DNA of 34,661 nucleotides from sequence record DRR723986_1409; one strand, 5' to 3'. Shown piece by piece: positions 34,599 to 34,661 of this stretch (position 1 is its first letter; each line of letters starts with the position of its first letter). The notes under the pieces were generated by a model. It saw only the letters and a program-made list of their open reading frames with translations, ran no database searches and was not told where the DNA came from. The position numbers and the translations under genes were made by a program.

Positions 34599-34661
34599 CA
34601 CCGCCATTTCTTGGTTTCGAACGCGCCCTGCGTCTGTTTCTGCCCCTCGGTCAGGGCGATC
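34598..34661 (-). CDS. ubiU: 3' end of UbiU (U32 family), partial
   Basis: IALTEGQKQTQGAFETKKWR* resembles the UbiU C-terminus (EG…T.GA…W) and is coupled to ubiV. Confidence 0.7.
   Translation of the reverse strand, partial: IALTEGQKQTQGAFETKKWR

Overview
GC-rich alphaproteobacterial (Rhodobacteraceae/roseobacter-like, inferred from gene content) conjugative plasmid or ICE segment. Backbone: a Ti-plasmid-like relaxosome block (virC2-virC1 divergent from HTH-mobC, virD2-like relaxase and virD4; 3246-10040) and a complete minus-strand VirB T4SS operon (17616-28948; order virB1-2-3-4-7-[VirB5::SLT fusion]-5-8-9-10-11-orf-6). Between them is a 7 kb cargo for sugar-amine (Amadori/opine-like) catabolism: LacI regulator, OCD/mu-crystallin enzyme, FrlB-like deglycase, FrlD-like kinase and a TRAP transporter. 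The left flank has an orphan secreted 373-aa protein whose N-terminal half aligns by eye with the pore-forming domain I of Cry/PirB toxins (top finding), followed by a dif-like site, a loxP-geometry inverted repeat and a RelB antitoxin with a doubly inactivated RelE/ParE toxin. The right flank has an IS5/IS903-group element truncating a small secreted-protein gene, fused remnants of hipA and a methyltetrahydrofolate methyltransferase, and an ubiU-ubiV-nnrS-nnrS anaerobic/nitrosative module. All family calls come from motif recognition by eye; no searches were run.
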